Source: Marsupella aquatica (taxonomy: Eukaryota > Plantae > Marchantiophyta). Taken from it: a DNA stretch of 64,000 bases. Under the pieces are notes generated by a model. That model was given only the letters and a program-made list of their open reading frames with translations. It was not told the DNA's origin and did no database searches. The stretch covers positions 20,967,292 to 21,031,291 of the forward strand of contig OZ316898.1 of NCBI GenBank assembly GCA_973895155.1. The letters run 5' to 3'. Of the stretch, positions 56,201 to 64,000 are shown piece after piece. Made by a program: the position numbers and the translations under genes. Each line of letters begins with the position of its first letter. Position 1 is the first letter of the stretch.

Positions 56201-57730
56201 CTCCTCAGGTTCACAGATCAATAAGTTGCTTAACTTATCAATAATTTGCTGATTAGATTCTACTCTCAGTTCATCAGCCGTTGGTTTGCTGAACATGAAG
56301 GGTCTCTTACGGGATCTCATAGAAGGGGTCAAGCTGTCTACAGATAAATTCTGAGTTGGGGCTGTGGGTGATCGAAGAGTATTAGGGATAGATATGTCAA
56401 CTACAGGTATAGAAGGTGGGGACGTTCCTACTGGTTCTGGCTCGGATGTATACTCATCAAGATTGGAATTGAGGGGGGTGTAAAGTCTTCTATCCTGATT
56501 GAGATCTTCGAAAGGGGATAGTGGGTTATCAGGAATTGGTGAAGAGGTTCTTTTGGGTTCCACAAGTGGTTCTCTATGGGTAAGAGGGGTAACCTCTGAA
56601 CAGATAGGTGGGGGAACCTCCGGTTGGACTTCATCAGCATCTTCTCCTTCAGTATCCTCGATTCCTGATTCACTAAGATCAAATTCATCAAGCAGTCTGA
56701 TCCGCTCCTCTTGTTCGCCTGGAAGTAAGCAATTTCCATGAAAGTACAATTGGCAAAGATAAGAAGGGAGAGTAGTGAACTCGTCCATTTTCACCTTCTT
56801 TACTTGAGATAAAATAACCTGTCTTAGCAACAAGGCCCAATTTATCTGAGCAACTCCCTTCCAACTTGCCACAATAGTATTGGCAAGTGACACAGGTATC
56901 ATTTGTGGTCGAATGGGATGGAGAATTGGAATCAAAAACTCTAAAATGATTTTAAGAGTATAATTGGTGCACTGGTCCATTTTCCATCCATGGTGAACGT
57001 TTCAAGTTCCAAAAAAATAAGGCCTCGCAGTCTCCCCTTGTCGTGAGTGTAAGCTGTCGCCTTCGGCGGGACAGTCGAAAGCATCAGCAACAAATTGCAG
57101 AGTCCAGAATTCTGGATTCGTCCGAGCAGTTCCCACCATACCAACTTCGATTCGTGCCCCATCACTGCAATCCTTCAAAAAACTCAATGAAGTTGCAGAC
57201 CAAGGCAAAGTGAGTAATTTACTCAGGTGCATGACAGCCAGTGCTTCCTTCAAAACGTGCAAGCTTCTTTTCATCGTAGGGTATGTCACAGGGACGGTCT
57301 TAGGTAAAGGAACTCCTCTCGCAGTCATCTCTCCCCCTTCGTCTTCCATAGTAACAAGAAACAAGGCGTTGTCACCAACTATCGATCCAAAGAGAGCAAT
57401 GCCAAGTGATCTACTGTTGCGCTTTGCTCCGTTGCGCTTTCGCTCCAAAGCGCCGTTGCACTTTTACGCCAAAATGCTCTTTGCGCCCTCGGTCAAACTT
57501 GGCAGCACCAATCTTCCTTTCGCGCTTTGAGAACATCGATAGTAGTTTCTTCTGACTAGTCTCACCCCTACCTAATTACTCAGGGTGTTATCCATTAATC
57601 TGCCTAACTTAAGTCTTAACCTTACTTATATCTAAAAGTAGATTAATTGGCTATGTTTAATCTATTTCTAACTACAAAATTTTTAAAAGTTTTCATTATT
57701 TCTAAGTTTCTAATTTAGACAGCTATTACA
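53242..57730 (-). repeat. Family B long LTR (4489 bp), ORF-bearing 3' LTR
   Basis: On the minus strand: integrase stop (57769), PPT GAGGAGGGAG, TGTAATAG at 57730. The last ~1.45 kb match the short solo LTR up to its terminus. Confidence 0.8.
54728..57349 (-). pseudogene. Family B LTR-encoded protein (frameshift near 57000 joins the 148-aa and 750-aa frames)
   Basis: LLTLPWS..RTNPEFWT..ADAF..EGD..PYFFG / DGKW..C..FLIPILHP..TIVASWKG..NWALL aligns with the family C protein. Confidence 0.8.
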
Positions 57731-57768
57731 TAACTCCCTCCTCAAACGGCGGCGTGTCCTCACAAGCC

Positions 57769-58144
57769 TTAATATTGGGGTAGGAAATATTTCTTGACGC
57801 GAAACCCATTAATTCGGGTGTCGAGTTCTTGACCATCCAATGTGGTGAGTGTAAGAGATCCATTTTCCCATACCTTAATCACATTATATGGGCCCAGCCA
57901 ATGAGTATGTAACTTTCCAGGGAATAACATATATCTTGAATCGAAAACAAGAACCAAGTCACCTGCTTGAATATGTATTGTCTTCAGTTTTTGATCATAA
58001 CTCAGCTTCCTCTTGGACTGTTGATTATTAGTTTCCTGAAGGGCAATTAGACGCTCTTCTTCCAATAAATCAAGGGCATCATATCGATAGTTTAAACTGT
58101 CTCCCTCGTTCATCCTCTCTTCATCCAAAATTCTATGAGTAGGA
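57769..58144 (-). pseudogene. pol: Integrase C-terminal fragment, family B
   Basis: GDLVLVFDSRYMLFPGKLHTHWLGPY..NGSL..RINGFRVKKY, similar to the family A integrase tail. Confidence 0.88.
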
Positions 58145-58501
58145 ACTTTAACTATTTAACTAAAATTGCAGAGATCGGCTGATCTAAAATATTGTCGTAG
58201 GAGAACTAATCTTGTTGGAGTAGTGTTGTCTGATTTGGTTGTTGAACTCTTGTGTAGGTATTCTCTTGCATAACTTCTCGAATTATATCCATGTCTTGAG
58301 CGTGATGCCGATAGAAAGGTAAAGACTTCCGTTGTCGTTCAAGATCCAGAACAAGAAGTTGTCTTCGATATAGCATGGTATTAGGTAAAGTGTCCAGTTA
58401 ATCTAAATTGCTACAAAAGGTAACTATACTGCACCTTTGAGTTAGAAAAAGTTCAAAATTTATAATTTTTCTATCATTTCTAACTAATGTATTGTATTAC
58501 A
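58145..58501 (-). repeat. 5' end of a family B short-type LTR
   Basis: Reverse complement begins TGTAATACAATACATTAG, as at 43274. Confidence 0.85.
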
Positions 58502-59118
58502 ATAGATTAGGCTTACGCTGCAAGGAATTGGGCGGATCCACTGCCAGGATAAGTACCTGGGCAGCGGGGAGTCCAGGGCCTTCTTCCTTAGCAAGTTTTT
58601 AGTGCACTAGCAGGGCTGGGATCAAGTAGTAAAAGAAGCTCTCAGTTAGTTATACTGTGACCCTTGTGTATATTCATGTTTTCTCATGCCTAAGAGATGA
58701 ATAGAGTTGGCCTTACGGCTTAGTTTGCAGATCTTGTCTATAAGAAGTACTGTTTGTATGGCAAGTGCATGGTATAACTCAGTTAGAAGGAGTCATTTTG
58801 CTATTTGTGTGTTGCATTAACTTGTTTGAAGATTGCCCACATCAACCAAGAGAAGGGAGTAAGCAAGGTAGTAAGAGTTGGATGTGTCGAGTTGAGAGAG
58901 GTCTTAGCGGCTTATCCAAGCTAGTTGGGGATCATTTCGGCGGCGGAATCCAAACATACCTAAAGAAGACAAGGAGAGGAAGACAAGGGAAGGCATAGAA
59001 TAGGCTGGCTATGTATCTCATGACCCAATGAAGGATCTGTCCTGTATATGTGTGTAAAATGTTAATAGTAGTAAAAAACGTTTTAGCAACGTCCCATGCC
59101 GCTAAGCCGCGAAACCGA

Positions 59119-60476
59119 TGTTTGGGTGACCGTGTTTTCTGGTAAGAGCATATTGGCTCTTATGAAGTCAACCTTGCATGCCCATAAATTCTACACTAAA
59201 ACCAAAATGATAACTCTTGTAAGAAGGGTAGTGGGTATTAAGAAAGGTTCAGGTGAAATTAATATACTATTAAATCCTACTTTACCATACTTGCAAATCA
59301 ACACATCTCGGAAACTAATTTTTCTACGACATACAATCCTAATATTTCCAAGAGAAAATGAAATAGGAATGTCATGTGGACTCCTATTTAGATCCATGAC
59401 TTCAATAAAGGACAAAAATAATGCACTCCCACTCCTCTCGATAAGACACTACTGGGTATACTATTGGCTCATTAGAACTCATAACAACAGCTGCAAATTG
59501 AGCTCCAAAGTGATAAGTTAAATGTTGCCTCATGAATGGCTTGTCTAAAAGATGGACTCTAACCAAAAATGGGTTACGAAGGGGAAGATTAGGGATATCT
59601 CTTCCTCCTAGATTCATAATGACTCTCTTGTTCCTTTGCTATCCGGGCCAAAGGATGCCCCATCCCTAAGTTCCCAAAGAGACCTTGTTCCCTAAGGTCC
59701 CATCTATAAGTCTACTAACACTCATTCCTTTGCTATCCGGGCCAAAGGATGCCCGACTACTATGTACATAAGGCAAAGAATAGAAGAGAAAGATGAGAGA
59801 AGAAAAGATGATCGCTTTGACGCGGAAATTATCAAAATATGGGAACGAGGAGAGAGTGCCCCTCACCACTTTATTTATATTTAATCCAAGAAGGCATGGA
59901 TTACACCCAAACACTTGGATGAAAGCCAAGTGGTACACATCCAACGTAGGAATGTTGCTAGTACTATTGCAATCAAAACAAATAATGCATGCAAGTAAAA
60001 TGACTAATGCATCCATCTAAAATAATTTATGCATGCATACACCTTGTGGCTTGCATATTTGCTCACCTTGCATGCGCATAAAACAATTTGTGCATGTCTC
60101 TTGTGGCTTGCACATTTGCTCACCTTGCATGCGCATAAAACAACTAATGCATGCAAATAAAATCATTTACATGCATCTAAAACAACTAATGCATGCAAAT
60201 AAAACAATTTGCATGCATCTAAAATAATTTGTGCATGCACTTTGTGGCTTGCACATTTGTTTATTTTGTATACACATAAAACAAAGTCTAATGCATGCAA
60301 ATAAAACAATTTGTGCATGCATCTTGTGATTTGTATAATTGCTTATCTTGCATGCACATAAGTAAAAGTCAAACTATTTAGAACTTACCCCGTAACAAAA
60401 TATAAACCTAATCTATATACTAAATAACATACTTAGTGAAAATAATTTCATCATGAATATTTGAATTATCACGACA
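59119..60476. mobile_element. 1358-bp insertion, probable solo LTR of another family, with internal ATGCATGCA-rich repeats
   Basis: Interrupts the family A LTR; TG...CA ends; flanks CCGA/CCGG; repeats at about 59985-60360. Confidence 0.6.
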
Positions 60477-60769
60477 CCGGCCTCGCCAAGAGAAAAACCT
60501 GCGGAAATTGGCTTGTGCAGGGGGGTTTCCTGGGTTTAGGGAGCCATGGGATGCACCACATTCCTCAATGACCAAGATTGAAATTTCACAAATCAAAGGC
60601 TAGAATTAAATGATTGAGAAATGACCAATTATAACCATTTTTGGATTTAGTAGCCTAACTCTAATTTAAGTCATAAAGTACTTACATGCGAGAAGTGTTT
60701 AATAAATGTCCTCGGGGAAGTAGCTTGCATGAATTGACTTTGGAAAGTGGACGATAATTATGTCCTATT

Positions 60770-63700
60770 TGTGACGCCGCCAGCACGGCAGTTAATGAGT
60801 GATTTGGTCTAATCCATGCTTAGCACGTGCGCTAAGGACATAGTAGTCTATAGTAATTAGCATAACGATACTAAAATAGGTAGTAATCACAACTAGGACA
60901 TCATTAGTCAATAAGGAGCATTTACACTCGGGCTGGCGGTGGAGCGCCATTCGTACCACCGGATTACAGGCGTGGAGGGACATCCCATTGGATCCATATA
61001 ACGACTCAAGGGGATGGCTCGCTGACACGCTCTAACCCGGACCCGCGGAGTGGCCATTACACTACAAGCGTGAAAGGATTGGCCTATCAAAAGGAGGAAG
61101 GGGCCATTCTCTAGCGAAGCACCAGCACTTCACCCATCGCGCCAGCTTCGATCCTAGCTTGCTCATTTGCTCCTTAGGCATCCACCGCCGTTCCCTATAT
61201 GTCTGTCATGATTATGTCTAGTTCTTCCCTTTGGTTTTGGCTTCAATTTCTATCCATCAGAAATCATCTAGCGAAGTTGTTGGCCGAGGTCAACCCGCGC
61301 CGGTATGAAACTGAAAGGTAGTATGAACGACTCATTCGCCTAGCCGGGCACTCTCACTATAACGGCAATTTCAACCTCCCATTCCAGAGCAAGCTCTGTT
61401 GAGCCAATGAGATCTCCAAATACTTCTTCGACGGCCCAAAGTACGTCGGTTTCCAGGAAGCACTCATTTGGCTTCCGGACAAGGTCTTCACACTCCCGGG
61501 CACGATCGACTTACAACAACACCACTTCAATCATGTCCCCGCCACAGTCCAGGCTTCCATAGACCATCAGTTTGGTACCGCAGCTACGGACGAGACATCT
61601 ATCTTGACCTCACTTGGCTTCCCCTCAGACTTGCTGAACCTTATGGCACCTCCTCCAGCTACAACCATTGCTGACTCGTCGGTGCCCGCACCAACACCAC
61701 CTCAGCCTCAGCCAAGCCGATCTCCACCACCAGTCGCACCACCCCTCTGGGTGCAATCCGTGGTAAACGCGGTGAACATCAGTTTAGAAGACGACGAAGC
61801 TCACCCTCCCCTGCACCGATGACCACGAGGGGCAAATCAACATGCGTTGGGCAACACGTTACCACCCGCACAAGCTTGGGTGGATAACACGGTGACAGTG
61901 GTAGCCCCAGCATCAGTGCTTACGGTGGTAGCGCTGCCGCTGCCCAATAGAGAGGACGGGAACAAGTCACCCCAGGAACCAGTCTCGGGGTAGGAAGAGA
62001 AAGAAACCCATAGTTGTATTCTCCACCCCAAGCATGCATGCTACCTAAAGACCAGGCCAGCGCAATCAAGGTCGGGTTGGCAAAGGCCGGTCCCGGACCT
62101 AAGACTACGATTACAGAGGACACCCCGTTACCCTCCACGGCTGTCGAGGAGAACCGCCCATCCCGTGCAAACCCAACCCCCTCTACCAACATATTTCAAG
62201 GGCTGGACGTCACCACTCTGACTCCCGCATGAGCTGAGGTCTGTCCTTGCCCAAACTTGGATGGGCATAGTCTGGAGTACTCGGAACTCTTTGCACCGGG
62301 CATGTATTTGAATGGGTTGTTGGGAGACTTCTCCCAACAAATTGCGTAGGATACCGGGGAGTACATGGCACGAAAGGTGGCCTGTTTCTTCAACCAGGAA
62401 TTGGTTGCAACCGTGCAAGCAGGGCATGCGCAGGCTGAGGCCGTGTCCCAAATCACATTCGGCCCCCCTACTCAATGAAAACTCGTCGTAGGTGCGGTTT
62501 TACGGAATGTGCTCGAGGGGCCATAGGTTTCGGGAAAATGCAACCTACAGGCTGTACGCGGTTAGTACCCGGCCGGGGACCTCAAACACCAAACTACAGG
62601 GCCCAAACTCTATCGCTCTGATTCCGGCTTACAAACTATTAAAAAAAGACTACATGAATTACCTATATCTGACAAAATTGCTACTCACGTTTCAAACGGA
62701 AGGAGCTTGTTTTTTTGCATATTAGTAATACCGTGCTTTTCTTGCATGATTGTTTATTGAATGTTTTTGGTGTTGCTCTATCATTCTCATTTTAGAAAAC
62801 CTGAGATAACCATGCAGCCGTAAGCCGCAGGCCACCTGCATAGGGCATAGAACGAGAGAAAGGGTTTTTTGGTTAAAACACGTGCTAACCAAAGGCCCGT
62901 AGTCTCCCATAAAAGACTTGCTGTTCAAATTGAAGGATTCTAAAGGAAACCATATGACTATAATGTACCCAACTGTTTTATGCGGGCAAAAGAGAACTCT
63001 GGCGAAGATAAAGAACGGACCGAGAAAAAATAAATTTCATGAGATGACGCCGGACTTTTTATGTCAGACAAGGCCCCGCCGGACTTTTTTTTGGACACCA
63101 CAAAACCAAAATACTGTTCGACGAAGGCCGCCCGGTACTGTCAGACAAGGAGGAAAAACTCGCAAAAGTACGCAGAGGATAGAGCAGTATTGGCTTGAGT
63201 CTGCCCACTTGAAAGGCAAAGTGTCAGCAACTGCTTTGACCTCAGGTAGCGGCCACTAAAGATCAGGTGGCCAAAGCTAGGGCCCGGGCAGCCTTAGCAA
63301 AGCAAGCCGGAGCCAAAAAGGATGTTGAGATTGCACGGCTCCAAACCCAGATTGACGGTTTGAAGGGACAAGCCGTCATCTGGCAAAAGGATGTGGAGGA
63401 GGCCAACGCTTGGGCCTAGCGAGACACAACCGAGATAGACGTTCTGAAGGTGGAAGTGGCACGGATTCAAGGAGAAGCCACGAAGCAGGTCCAATTGGTG
63501 GACAAGCTGACGAGCGACGCCCAGCAACTGGAAGAGGCATGCCAGAAATCCGCGGAGGAGATGGATGTGGCAAAGCAAGAGAACAAATCTCTGCTAGACC
63601 AGGTTCAGCTGCTCAAGCAAGACGCCAAGCAGAGATTAGAATCTTAGATAGCATAGATTTGAGCACGTGGTTGTTCCGGACCCCGGCTCTTAGCATTTAG

Positions 63701-63912
63701 TGCACCCCCTGGTAGAGGCAAGGGGGGATTCTAGTTTTAGAATTGGGTATCCGCAGGATGTGCGGGGAGTCCCGACCTTTGTGAGTGAAAAAACACCAAG
63801 GAGGGAGGGTATGACTAAGCTTGCTGGGCGAGTGCGGAGCCGGGATCCATTGTAGTGTACGCCTCTCTGCCATTGGGCCTGTTTACTCAAGAGAGTCAAT
63901 CGTGTATGTGTG
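60770..63912 (+). mobile_element. Possible degenerate ORF-bearing LTR of a further family
   Basis: Starts TGTGACGCC (compare family A TGTGATGCC); broken Pro-rich and coiled-coil frames (63450-63647). No 3' end or TSD visible. Confidence 0.35.
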
Positions 63913-64000
63913 TGTAATACAGTACATTAGTTAGAAATGATAGAAAAATTATAAATTTTGAACTTTTTCTAACTCAAAAGTGCAATATAGTTACCTTTTG
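63913..64000 (+). repeat. Start of a family B short-type LTR, truncated by window end
   Basis: TGTAATACAGTACATTAGTTAGAAATGATAG matches 43274 onward. Confidence 0.88.

Larger units (their letters stand above)
50430..60560 (+). mobile_element. Family A solo LTR with two nested insertions and an internal deletion
   Basis: TGTGATGCC at 50430, GCACCACA at 60560, flanks TCCCT/TTCCT (5-bp TSD with one transition). LTR pieces 50430-53241, 58502-59118, 60477-60560. Confidence 0.78.

Noticed and set aside
62493-63174. Small TG...CA insertion
   Set aside because: Flanks TAGG/GAGG and termini match only weakly; not supportable.

Overview
Eukaryotic, gene-free nest of transposable elements, most likely from a non-seed land plant such as a bryophyte. 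This is inference from the element types, GT-AG introns and CG/CHG-type C>T decay. (1) 1-22584: tandem Ty3/Gypsy element, family A (LTR-internal-LTR-internal-LTR, period 10,862 bp). Its LTRs are about 4.64 kb and each contains a >1100-aa ORF; a -1 frameshift signal with a predicted pseudoknot lies between protease and RT. (2) Family A is inserted into an older Ty3/Gypsy element whose single Pol frame reads C5-cytosine methyltransferase-RT-RNaseH-integrase-PHD finger. (3) That element's 3' LTR is split by a 14.9-kb Mutator-like DNA transposon (27429-42330, 9-bp TSD). Divergent from its transposase it carries a five-exon gene for a ParB-like domain fused to a beta-class N4C/N6A methyltransferase-like domain, and at least 13 copies of the palindrome AGCGCCNGGCGCT, nearly all in introns and intergenic DNA. 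(4) Solo or remnant LTRs of two further families (B, C) carry LTR-internal ORFs that share a domain with the family-A LTR protein. A ~252-bp tandem repeat and more degenerate LTR debris fill the rest. Most ORFs are disabled copies. All domain calls come from motif reading by eye, not database searches.
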